Below are positions 24,173-35,476 of a DNA stretch of 64,000 nucleotides, one piece after another. This DNA comes from Anthoceros angustus (Eukaryota; Plantae; Anthocerotophyta). The stretch spans positions 686,247-750,246 of the forward strand of contig MU008187.1 of NCBI GenBank assembly GCA_010909165.1, in the 5' to 3' direction. Under the pieces are notes generated by a model that was not told the DNA's origin, did no database searches, and worked only from the letters and a program-made list of their open reading frames with translations. Position 1 is the first letter of the stretch. Each line of letters starts with the position of its first letter. Made by a program: the position numbers and the translations under genes.

Positions 24173-26131
24173 TTAGGATCTCGAATCCCTGGACAACCAA
24201 GCTTCCACAAATCTGTACCACGCATTGTGCCTGGCTCTACCCAGCCTAGTCTCAAAGCAGCGCTGCCTCTCCTTGTCCCTCTCCCTTTCTGCAGCAAGCC
24301 ACATCTCCCAGAAGCATCTCCAATCGAAGTCACCTTCCCGATTAGCACACACCGCCATTTCAAACCTCTCCTCTCGTCCCGCCTCGCTTCTGCTCTCTGC
24401 CTGACGCCACAAATCCACACACATTTGCCACTCCGCATCTTTTTCCATTTCTGCACACAGACTGGCCTCGAACTTTCTTCCTCTTTCTAGTTCCCTCTGG
24501 CTTTCCAGCTTCCTCCAGGATTCGTGCGTGCTCGGCAGTTCCGACTCCTCCTCTGTTATTGCACGCACACTAGCCTCCAATTTGGTCGCCCCCTCTGCCG
24601 GTCGCCAGGACTCCGCAATGCTCTGCCACTCCCAGTCTCGTTCTCTAGCCTCGACTGTTTTCTCCGCATCGAACTGTTTACGTTTGTCGCGGTCACTCCA
24701 CACCCTCAAGCTCCTCTGCCACTGAAGATCCCTCTCTCTGTCTGCACACAAACTTGTCTCCAGCTTGGCCTTCCTCTCCTGCTCTTTCTGAGTCTCGAGC
24801 TCAGCCCAGGATTGCAGTGCTCGTTGCACCTCCAGATTACGTTCTCTGTCTGCACATAAACTTTCTTCGAAGACTCGTTGTCTGTCTTCCTCTCGAATGT
24901 CCTGTAAATTAGGCCGCCACGACTGGAGATCTGGAGCACCTTGCCACGAATTTGTCTCTTGCTCTGCACATACTCGGGCTTCGTTCACGTACTGATTTTC
25001 CACCTCTTTGTAACACTGTAACTGCTGCCAGTTTTCAAGGTTGCTAGCCCACAGATTGCTTGATTCCAATGGCATCTCTCCCTTTGTGCACGATCGGTCC
25101 CCTTTCACCAGACTAGCTGCAGTCTGTGTCTGCACTCCATCTAACTCTTGCCGCCAAGAATCCAAGGCAACTTGCCACTCTGAGCTTTCCCCTCTGTTAG
25201 TGCACCACGAAGCATCAAAATCACGTTCCACAGCGAGTGCATGTAAACCTGGCCGATAGCTGAAGCTCCGAGACGCCTCGTTTATCGTTTCGGGCGCTGT
25301 GTCGTCGAGGACTGAGCCTAGGTCAGATACCTCCTCTTGATCAACATCCAAACTGGCATCAAACTCCGCCTTCCATTCCTTCAGATTGTTACGCTCTGCC
25401 AGCCACTCATCCAAGGCTCTGTCCAAATTGGACTTCATCGCGAAATCAGACAGCTTATCCTTGCTCCTTGTAAGGTCTCTTTCCCCCTGATCCATCATCG
25501 GCACCTCCGAAACTCCTTCTCCTCCCCTTGAACCATAGTTCGCGCTAGCATTACGTTTTGTCTCATGTGTTGTTCCAACCTGCTGGCTCGGATGAACAAA
25601 TTTCTGTGCCGCACAACCTCCCGGCGGATGCCTACTACCTACTTCCCCTCCGATGGCCCGAGGCCTCCTCCTTCCACACTCTCGCCTGCTCGCTTCGCTG
25701 TGCGCAACGCAGTGCGCCCTGGCTTGGTTGCTGTGAGGAGGCCGTTTCAGACCTGCGGCAATAACACAACCACTCTGAACACTCTCATCCTCCGTCTCAT
25801 GGTCCCGGTCTGTAGCGCTCTGTGAGGGAACTTGACTGCGTACACCAGGCTCTCCGTGGAGGTACAAGGAATCCTGCTTCTGATCATCTGTCTCTATGTC
25901 GCTTTCAATGCTTTCCCAAGAGCTTAATTCTTGCTGTTTGGGTGGATTTTCATCAGACGTGTGTGTGCTGCTTCTCCCTTGCGACGGGCTCCCTTCACCA
26001 TAATCCGTGCCACCGCGGGCAGAAGCACGAGTCTGGCTCAATCCATCCCCGCTGCTGTCTTCTGCACTTACACTGGCCTTAGGAATCCGAGGCTTATTCC
26101 TACTTGTGCACAGCCAAGATTTCCAGGCCAT
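24173..26131 (-). CDS. Orphan ~650-aa protein: disordered acidic/Ser-rich N-half and a C-terminal array of ~36-aa Trp/Glu/Arg helical repeats
   Basis: 1.96-kb uninterrupted ORF (first ATG 26131); repeats FEESLCADRERNLEVQRALQSW.../FEASLCAEMEKDAEWQMCVDLW.../FEMAVCANREGDFDWRCFWEMW... Confidence 0.7.
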   Translation of the reverse strand: MAWKSWLCTSRNKPRIPKASVSAEDSSGDGLSQTRASARGGTDYGEGSPSQGRSSTHTSDENPPKQQELSSWESIESDIETDDQKQDSLYLHGEPGVRSQVPSQSATDRDHETEDESVQSGCVIAAGLKRPPHSNQARAHCVAHSEASRRECGRRRPRAIGGEVGSRHPPGGCAAQKFVHPSQQVGTTHETKRNASANYGSRGGEGVSEVPMMDQGERDLTRSKDKLSDFAMKSNLDRALDEWLAERNNLKEWKAEFDASLDVDQEEVSDLGSVLDDTAPETINEASRSFSYRPGLHALAVERDFDASWCTNRGESSEWQVALDSWRQELDGVQTQTAASLVKGDRSCTKGEMPLESSNLWASNLENWQQLQCYKEVENQYVNEARVCAEQETNSWQGAPDLQSWRPNLQDIREEDRQRVFEESLCADRERNLEVQRALQSWAELETQKEQERKAKLETSLCADRERDLQWQRSLRVWSDRDKRKQFDAEKTVEARERDWEWQSIAESWRPAEGATKLEASVRAITEEESELPSTHESWRKLESQRELERGRKFEASLCAEMEKDAEWQMCVDLWRQAESRSEAGREERFEMAVCANREGDFDWRCFWEMWLAAERERDKERQRCFETRLGRARHNAWYRFVEAWLSRDSRS

Positions 26132-26175
26132 CACTCCAATTATTCAGCTCCGCATGCAAACACTATTAGGGTGAG

Positions 26176-28257
26176 CTAGAGCAAGCGATACGGCGGCGGA
26201 TACACACGTTCATCCACTCTGCTGTACTTCCTGCTTCCCTCGCCTACAGCATCATCGCCAAATGAAACACCTCCCTCTTCAATCTCGTCGTCATAGTACT
26301 TGTCGTTGTAATAGTAGGTCTCAAGATGCTCCTTGCTGCTACTAGCTTCAATGATCCGTTTTGCGTCAGCCGTGAGGGTTCCCTTACCTGCTTCCTCAGC
26401 GATAGCCTCCTCCGGCTCTGAGCGAGGAGTGCTTGTGGTGGCAGAATCAGTGTCCCCGGGAACTTGAGCTCCTTGCAATGTTGCAGGCAAGATTTCCTCT
26501 TGAGCAGCTGCTGCTACTTCATCGATATCTGCACCACCTTGGGCTGGCCTTGCAGGGCCTTCTTCCTGGGACTGGTTGTTGCCAGCGTCTTGTCGTGCAG
26601 CGGATGATGCCTGAGACGTGTCTTCAAGCTCCGAATCATGCTCCACTCTCTCCTGGAACTTGTACGTCTCCAACTCGGCCACAGTGACACTGGCAGGCTC
26701 TTCTTCCACAGCTATACATCTGGCAGGACTCGATTCTGGCTCAACCTTGCAGGGCACACTCTTGGCATCCTCCTCACTCTTCCTCAACTCGATCTGCGAC
26801 GCGGGATTCCCGTGGCCTGCGAAAGTAGCGAGGGATGTATCGCTGTCGGAGTCCAGATTCCCGAGATCAAAAACCTCCGATCCGGCATCATCGGTATTGT
26901 TATTCACATCGGCAGCATGAGCACCGGTTTCACCTTCCCCGCAAGCATTGTTGGCATACCAGCTTTCAAGCCCCGAGTTCACCCTCTCTCTCTCCCGCTC
27001 GAGAGCCTCCCTGGCCTCGAGAGCGAGCCTCTGCCTCTCGATCTCCCACTCCCTCCCAACCTGCCTCTCCCACTCGATCTTTCTCACACCCGCACTCCTG
27101 GCCTCCCAAGCGTAGCTATGGCGCGTCCGCTGCTCCAGCCTCTCCTCCTCCCTCCTCCTGGTCCTCTCGATCTCCCGCTGCACGCTCCGGCGCGCCTCCC
27201 ACGACCGCAGCTCCTGATCCCTCTGCACTCCGAAAATCCGCTGCCTCTCCCTGTCGATCGCGCGCTCCCAGGACGAGCGCGCCTCGAATCCCAGGGCAGC
27301 GCGGGCCTTGTCCCGCTGCCGCTCCTGCTCGATGAGCCGCTCCCGGCGCTTCACCTAGCCACGGACAGGCGCGCGTTCAAGCCGACGCTCTCCTGCTCCA
27401 CCACAGTCTCGTGCTCCGCCTCCCTCCGCGTCTGCCGCACCTTCTGCCTGTGCGCGCACACCTTGCCTCGTAGATCCGTCTCTCCTTCTCCCACAGCGCC
27501 AGTTCGATCTGCACCCGCTCCCGCTCCCGCTTCCGAATGGCGCTCAGCCGAGCTTCCAGCGCCAAGATCTCCTTCTCCCGCCGCCTGATCCGCTCCCTCT
27601 CCGACTCCCGGGCGGCCGCCCTGTCCCTGCACTGCCTGGCCTCCTGCGTCCGCTGCACCGACCTCCGGACCTCCTCCGCCCGCCGCTCCTGCGCCTCCTC
27701 CTGCTCGCGCTTCCGCCGGGCCTCCTCCGACTCCGCACCGCTTCCCCTTGCTGCTCCGCCGCAAGACCGGCCTCAGCTCCACCACCTCGCTGCCCCTGCT
27801 CCTGCTCCTGCTCCGAAGGCACGGCCTGTATCTCCTGGTCCGTCTCCCCGTGCAGCCTGCTGATCCAGCTATGGAGCCTCCTGTCAGTGTGCGCCCTGCT
27901 GGAGCTCCCGCTGCTCTCCCCGCCGCTCCCGGATGCCTCCGCTGCCGGTGCCGGTGCCGATGCCGGTGCCGCCTCCGCCTTGCCCTGCGTCCGGTTGGAG
28001 GCCTGGTCGGAGAGCGAGGCCTTGGAGCTGCTGCTCCGGCTGGGATCTTGCTCACGCTCCTGCTCCTGCTCCTGCTGCTGCGCTAGCGCGACCGTGGCCA
28101 GGCCGGCCGACGAGTCCTCTGGCGCAGATGGCACCCCGTACTGCAGCGCCTGCGTGCGCTCCTCCTCCTGCTCCCTTGCACCATGCAGCCCGGTGAGAGC
28201 GCCGGCGAAATCCTCAAACGGCTCGGGCACCTCCGGGGAAGGAGGCGAGAACGCCAT
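26176..28257 (-). CDS. Orphan Glu/Arg-rich coiled-coil protein, split into overlapping ORFs by apparent frameshifts (~27740, ~27455, ~27355)
   Basis: GC-rich ORFs of similar E/R/Q composition abut in different frames (MAFSPPSPEV...; RESERERIRRREKEILALEARL...; KRRERLIEQERQRD...). Confidence 0.55.
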
Positions 28258-29056
28258 CGCTTGCTGCCTGCTACCGGCCTCGCATCCGCCGGTTCTGGTG
28301 GAGGCGCCCTGTCCTGTCCTGTCCTGTCCTGCCCTGCCCTGCCCTGCCCTGTCCCTGCTCTGGGCGCAAACCGTTACACGGGGCCCCCATCAACTGCCGG
28401 GCCCCGGCCTCGCGGCCTTGCCACACCCCCCGGACCGCGAACGGGAACGGAGGCCCCGCTCCCACTTCGAATTTAAAACCACATTTGCGTTCTATCGTAA
28501 GCTTCTCATTCCAAACATTGCCAAGCTTATGTGACGTAGGCGATGAGGCATGGTTGCTTGCGATTCGTGAACAAAGGGTTTTTGCTGCTTGTCGAACTGG
28601 AACACGGAACTCCAGTATCTGCAGGATCTCTCGAAATTCCTCGGCTATAATCCGTGTGGTGTGTTTGGGATGTGATTCTTTCTTTCAGCAGCAACATTTT
28701 CTCCAGCAACATCTCTTGACGTTCAAGTTCGGATTGGAGCTGCTAAATCAACTTTATGAACATCAATCTAATGGACCAAGAAGATGATTTTTGGAAAACA
28801 AATGATATAACACTAATTAAATTAAAGTGATATGGATTGGGATACTTTAATAATTTTGATAGAGATCTATATTTTAATATTATTTTATTTTAATCTCTAA
28901 AATTATTTATATATCTGAATTGATAATTTTAATATTCATAGAATTATAATATTTTATTTTATTTCATATTTATTTATATGCCTTAACAGTTCCATTAACA
29001 CTGAAATCAAGTCTTTTGACCCATGTTCTTTAACATTGTGAAAATATTTTGTATGG

Positions 29057-29396
29057 CATTAGCTCATGTTAAGGTTGCACTCTTTGATAAATTATACCCT
29101 CTATACTATAAAAAAATAATTAAACTTTTTTTTATCAATATATATGGTCAAACCCCCTCAAGAAACGAGATCTATTACTTCATGGGTACTCATGGAACTA
29201 TTACTACATGGGTACTCATCTGATGGTCAAAAGTTTTTAGTATGTTGGAAAGGCCATTTCTTGGACTATGTGTCTTATTTTTTCTCAAAATCAAAAAACA
29301 TTGAAGAAACAAACTATGGGATCATAACATAAAGTAATGGCTTTCATTTTTTGAGAAATAATTTGCCATGAAGGGCAACCTTAACATGCACTAGTG
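29057..29396. mobile_element. CACTA-like MITE (~340 bp); right half repeated at ~30690-30861
   Basis: Imperfect TIRs cattagctcatgttaaggttgc...aaattat / ataattt...gcaaccttaacatgcactagtg; no matching TSD. Confidence 0.55.
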
Positions 29397-32110
29397 TCAT
29401 ACAAAAATTTATCCTACAATGTGGGAACCGCGAAGAAGTACGAGTGAGTAACTAAACTTCATATCTAAAGTCGCCTATGCTTCGTAAAGTGTCATACCCA
29501 AGAAGAAGTAAGAGGGAGTAACTAAGTCGACTATGGCTCCTACAATGTTGTAACGAAGAAGAATGTAAGGCCTTCATAGTACAAAGGTTGTAGAGAAAAC
29601 ATTACTTACTACCGTACCTCCTAAAAATTGTCCATATGTCCATACCTTAACACAGCCATCCATGTCAGCTGTAAAGAACATCCCAAACCCTGAACTTGAA
29701 GGTCCTTCTTCCATGACACATATGGGACTCTTGTGTGAACATGCTACTCTTTCAGTGAATCTGGTGTTCCAAGCCAAGTTGCAAATACTTTAAATCCAAC
29801 AACATGATAGTTTTCAAAATTATGCAATAATGCAATGAATTGAGATACTTACTTTGGTAGGTCATATAACCTCAGCATACCATCTTCGTGGTAGCAAGAT
29901 AATACTCGTTGTCTAGAGGAAAACGTAAAACCATGCATACGAATTACTCTGGCAATAGGAGAAGAACCTTCTTGATTCTTAGGAAATGACCATCCTAAAG
30001 CCAATGTGTCTGATAAAGTTAAAGCCCATATTTTGATAGTTTTATCCAAAGAGGATGAGATTAAGAATTGATCCCAAATTTCTAGGTTGTTGATGAAATC
30101 ATCATGAGCCTTAAAGTCTTGTCGAATAGTTCCGCTAGCCACATCCCACATTTGGATATGGTAGTTTGTAGATGCAGAGTAGAGTTTACCATGCCCAGTT
30201 AAAATCTTGGTTATGTTAGCTGTATAGACCATGTAACTTGGTGCAACTTCAAAAAAGTTAGTGCTACTATTGAATCTCCAAGCTAAAATCCCATCGATAG
30301 AACAAACAAATACTATTGGTGGACTTGTTAGTACTGCCATTGATAGCACTGGGTTAAACTCTGTATTTGTTTTTTGTTGTATACTGCAACTAAGAGTTTG
30401 TCGTGTTAAGGTTTCTTGGTTCCATACCTGCAGATGTGGCCATCATATGAGTCCACATGAATCTTCATATAACACAACTTTGGGTCGTACTCATAGCATA
30501 GTTTTAGCATACACTATAAATCACATATCTCATGCAATTTTTCGGGTAGGACATGAAAGTACCTTGATCTCATTAGTTAACATCACGAATAGCCATTTGT
30601 CTACACACATCAAACGATATACAATATGTCCTATAGGTTGTACATGTATACATTGCCCAGTCACATAATTCCACACCCTCACCATCATCCGATGGTCAAA
30701 AGTTTTAGTATGTTGGAAAGGCCATTTCTTGGACTATGTGTCTTATTTTTCTCAAAATCAAAAACATTGAAGAAACAAACTATGGGATCATAACATAAAG
30801 TAATGGCTTTCATTTTTGAGAAATAATTTGCCATGAAGGGCAACCTTAACATGCACTAGTGTCATACAAAATTTATCCTACAATGTGGGAACCGAAGAAG
30901 CAATGAGGAGTAACTAAACTTCATATCTAAAGTCGCCATGCTCGAAAGTGTCATACCCAAGAAGAAGTAAGAGGGAGTAACTAAGTCGACTATGGCTCCT
31001 ACAATGTTAAGAAGAATGTAAGGCCTTCATAGTACAAAGGTTGTAGAGAAAACATTACTTACTAATTGCTCCTAAAAATTGTCCATATGTCCATACCTTA
31101 ACATGCACCATCCATGTCACCAGAAGAACATCCCAAACCTCGAACTTGAAGGTCCTTCTTCCATGACACATATGGGACTCTTGTGTGAACATGCTACTCT
31201 TTCTGAACTGTGTTCCAAGCCAAGTTGCAAATACTTTAAATCCAACAACATGATAGTTTTCAAAATTATGCAATAATGCAATGAATTGAGATACTTACTT
31301 TGGTAGGTCATATAACCTCGTGATACCATCTTCGTGGTAGCAAGATAATACTCGTTGTCTAGAGGAAAACGAAACCATGCATACGAATTACTCGCAATAG
31401 GAGAAGAACCTTCTTGATTCTTAGGAAATGACCATCCTAAAGCCAATGTGTCCGAAGTTAAAGCCCATATTTTGATAGTTTTATCCAAAGAGGATGAGAT
31501 TAAGAATTGATCCCAAATTTCTAGGTTGTTGATGAAATCATCATGAGCCTTAAAGTCTTGTCGAATAGTTCCGCTAGCCACATCCCACATTTGGATATGG
31601 TAGTTTGTAGATGCAGAGTAGAGTTTACCATGCCCAGCTTAAAATCTTGTTATGGCTGTATGTAACTTGGTGCAACTTCAAAAGTTAGTGCTACTATTGA
31701 ATCTCCAAGCTAAAATCCCATCGATAGAACAAACAAATACTATTGGTGGACTTGTTAGTACTGCCATTGATAGCACTGGGTTAAACTCTGTATTTGTTTT
31801 TTGTTGTATACTGCAACTAAGAGTTTGTCGTGTTAAGGTTTCTTGGTTCCATACCTGCAGATGTGGCCATCATATGAGTCCACATGAATCTTCATATAAC
31901 ACAACTTTGGGTCATTTCATAGCATAGTTTTAGCATACACTATAAATCACATATCTCATGCAATTTTTCGGGTAGGACATGAAAGTACCTTGATCTCATT
32001 AGTTAACATCACGAATAGCCATTTGTCTACACACATCAAACGATATACAATATGTCCTATAGGTTGTACATGTATACATTGCCCAGTCACATAATTCCAC
32101 ACCCTCACGG
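29219..32110. repeat. ~1.45-kb tandem duplication (29219-30687 / 30688-~32110) of the WD40 gene 3' part
   Basis: Identical ORF segments recur; the second copy has many small deletions. Confidence 0.9.
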
Positions 32111-32713
32111 TACCATCCGATCCTCCTGTACAAATTTGTTTGGAGTCAGATGATAATACAATTGAATTTACATTCTGTAACAAAAGTTCACAAGCCATCA
32201 GAAACATTACTTCTTTAGATAATATGCTTTGAAACTAATAAATTTTAATTATAAAATTTTAAATAAAATATGATAATAAATATAACTCCCCAAAAACTAT
32301 CATCTTACCTTTAGGTGCCCAATCAATACTATGTGTAAATTGAGCTGGATGGGGACTTGACTCCTTCCGCTAGGACGATGAATAACTCGTGCATCATTAT
32401 TGAAAGGTAAATTGAATCGCATAGGTGCAGGAATCCTAACAGCGGTAGGAGGAATAAGTCCTACCTCACTCCTATTGTTCAGATTGAGTAGCATGGCAGC
32501 CTGACTCCGAGGAATAACTCCTACCTCACTCCTATTGTTGAGATTGAGTAGCATGGCAGCCTGACTCCTAATGGTGAGCCCCTGTGTATCTTGTAGCTCA
32601 TTATTGCTATCCCTCTTGACCCTCTTGTGAGGACCGCTAACTCGTAACTCATTATCACCATATTCATAGTTATCTGACCTAGGGATGTGAGAGTTCAAGA
32701 AACGATGATCCAT
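29574..32713 (-). CDS. WD40-repeat protein resembling the ZFWD family but without a recognisable CCCH finger; 5' exons ~32309-32713 and ~31988-32174, 3' exons present twice (cleaner copy 29574-30427)
   Basis: LIGHLK/NVNSIVL...ICTGGSDGTVRVWN, LYSASTNYHIQMWD, FKAHDDFINNLEIWDQFLISSSLDKTIKIW, FFTADMDGCVKVW; exon 1 has a 60-bp duplication (RSQAAMLLNLNNRSEVG x2). Confidence 0.75.
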
Positions 32714-32742
32714 GTTGAAAGAATTGTTGGAAACTCACTATA

Positions 32743-34862
32743 AGTAACGCCCTTCACCGCGCCGCCAGTAAGGAAGCAACAAGTGCTAGCTTCCCAACAG
32801 TCTAGGACCTCGCCAATTCACTCCACAAGAGACTTGCATGACTCTCAGCGCTCTTAATCGCACAACGCAGTAGTAGGCTCCAATTAGCCCACTGTCCACT
32901 AACGACTCGCAGGCCACCTCATTGAGGTGCTGCTCTTTATTGATAGAATATACTCTGGCTATCTATGCCCAACTGGCTACTAGTAGCCTTGACTCAACGA
33001 CAAGGTCATTAGCTAGGCTCACCACAGCTCTCTCAACACAAGGCTTGCAATGCACACTTGCCTGCTCTCTCATGAGTGTATGATCTTCCTAAAAGCTTGC
33101 TCTCGTCCTTATATATCCTACAGCCTTACCTCAACTAGGCAACTGTTAACATTGGGATTCTTGCAGACCACTGATCACTAAGACTCCTCTTTAGGCAACT
33201 CTTCATTAGTGGCTGTAGCAATTCCTCTCTAATAGAAGATTGCATAAAGTATACAACACATGCATCTTCTTAATAGGGCAGCTACTAATTAGCTTTTTAC
33301 CTCTTTTAACTTTTCATCTTTCTATCTTATTTCACTAGTACAGTTACTCTTCCCCACTGGGAAGATGTCATTGTCCTCAATGACCTCCAGTGTAACGTGA
33401 AATCATCCATAATTCTTGTTGCACATCTTCAAGTGAAACCCCAGACAGGATCTGCATAACCATGAAGCCTTACCAGATACTCTGGTACATTACCACGAAC
33501 AGCAAGCGCCTCTCTCTCTACCAGGAATTCAACAATCTCCCGCAGACCATGATTGTATTGAACCAGGATGACATAGTCTTCCCTGTTCATAAACTAACTC
33601 CTAGTTCATAAACTTCTAGTTCATAAACTAACTCGTGACAAACTCACTATCTTTACCACCATGGGTTAGGTTAGTTAAACATAATAGTTAATACAGTTAT
33701 TTAATTCCAAGGTTAAGACGGTTATTTCACACACTATGTAAGACACTCACGTTTGTAACAATATATCTCCTTCTGCGTACGTTGTGTGTTTTGCTAGCCT
33801 CATCTTGTGTCCCTTGCTGATTATGATGCCATCACATGCATAGGTATATTATCTTGCAATTCCATTTCCACCAGTGTGCTTGGCAGCTCCTCTGCCAGCA
33901 CTACTAGAACTTCCTCTAGTCTGGGCATACTGACCACGAGTATTGCCTCGAAATCGTCTGGAGAAGTTGGATGTACTAGAATGAAAAGTGTCTGGAATGG
34001 CATCTGCTACTGTGATAGCCTCTGCTAACGTAGTTGGACTATGCAACTCAATTACTCTCACTTCCTCTTCTTCTGAAGATGATGAATCTTCAGGCGGTTG
34101 AGGTGGATGATCGGCAGGAGACTGCTGCTTCTTCAGCATCTCCTTGCTCTTATGATTGACCATCTTGTGCACTCTTTAGTCACTTGGAGGAATGGACTAC
34201 ACTCTGATACCACAAAGTAACGCCCCTCACTGCGCGGCCATGAAGGAAGCGACAAGTGCTGGGTTCGCAGCGGTCTAGGACTTCGCCAATTCACTCCACA
34301 AGAGACTTGCACGACTCTCAGCGTTCTCAACCTCACGCAGCATTAGGCTCCAAGTAGCCCGTTGTCCACTGATGACTCATAGGCCACCTCATCGAGGTAT
34401 TGCTCTTTATTGATAGAATACACACTTGATCTGGCTATATACGCCCAATTGGCTACTGTTCTTGACTCCCAACTGGCTACTGCCCTTGACTCAACGACAA
34501 GCTCACTAGCTAAGCTCTCCATAGCTCTCTCAACACAAAGCTTCCAGTGCACACTTGCGTACTCTCTTATGAATATATAATGTTCCTATAAGAGAGTATA
34601 TAATGTTCCTAAAAGGCCTTGCTCTCGCCCTTATATATCCCGCAGCCTGACCTCAATTAGGCAGCTGTTAACATTAGTTGCAAACCACTCATCACTAAAA
34701 ATCTTATTTAAGCATGTCTTCATTGATGTAACAATTCCTTTCTAATAGGAGATTGCATGAAGCATGCAACACATGCGTTTCTTGGCAGAGCAGCTACTAA
34801 TTATTTTTTTACTTCATTTAATTTTTTTTATTTTTCTATCTTATTTCATTGATGTCATAACT
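32743..34862 (-). mobile_element. Non-autonomous internally deleted Ty3/gypsy (chromovirus-like) LTR element; LTRs 34216-34862 and 32743-33348
   Basis: Two homologous ~610-650 bp LTRs; tRNA-iMet PBS TGGTATCAGAG (34202-34212); PPT GTGGGGAAG next to 33349; 5-bp TSD CTATA (32738-42, 34863-67); gag-like PTTLAEAITVA and chromodomain-like EYLVRLHGY remnants. Confidence 0.9.
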
Positions 34863-34941
34863 CTATATGCTTTCCGCAAAAAGAAAGCCCTTTCTGCAAG
34901 TTCACAGCCTTTCATTTTTGCGGTCATGGCGTGCGAAATGG

Positions 34942-35169
34942 TCATTGATCACCCCTTCGCCTTATACTCCTCCTGCAACTTCACAGCCTTCTCCGCGAAT
35001 TATCATTGATCGCCTCTTCGCCTTAAACTCCTCCTGCAACTTCACAGCCTTCTCCGCGAATTATCATTGATCGCCTCTTCGCCTTAAACTCCTCCTGCAA
35101 CTTCACAGCCCTCTCCGCGAATAATCATTGATCGCCTCTTTGCCTTATACTCCTGCAACTTCACAGCCT
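34942..35169. repeat. 61-bp minisatellite, ~3.7 copies
   Basis: atcattgatcgcctcttcgccttaaactcctcctgcaacttcacagccttctccgcgaatt repeated. Confidence 0.9.
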
Positions 35170-35335
35170 TGTCTGCTTTCCCTTCAGCTATTTTCGGTGC
35201 CTGTTCAGCCATTTTGGATGTCAGAGAACCCCTGCATTCAATCTGCTGAGATCCTACACTCTTGCTGTGCCAACACATTAGTTACACATGCGTCACACTC
35301 AAAAGAGGCCTGGCCAAACAGCAATGAACCCTCAA

Positions 35336-35476
35336 CACCTCCTGCACACAAGAGGACCCAATAGAAAAATTAACACACCTTAGCATCCCAGTGGAATATA
35401 GGGCGCACCTCCTGCACACAAGAAGTCCCAATAGAAAAATTAACACACCTTAGCATCCAGTGGAACATAAGGCGCA
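35336..35476. repeat. 70-bp tandem duplication
   Basis: cacctcctgcacacaaga...aacacaccttagcatcc x2. Confidence 0.85.
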
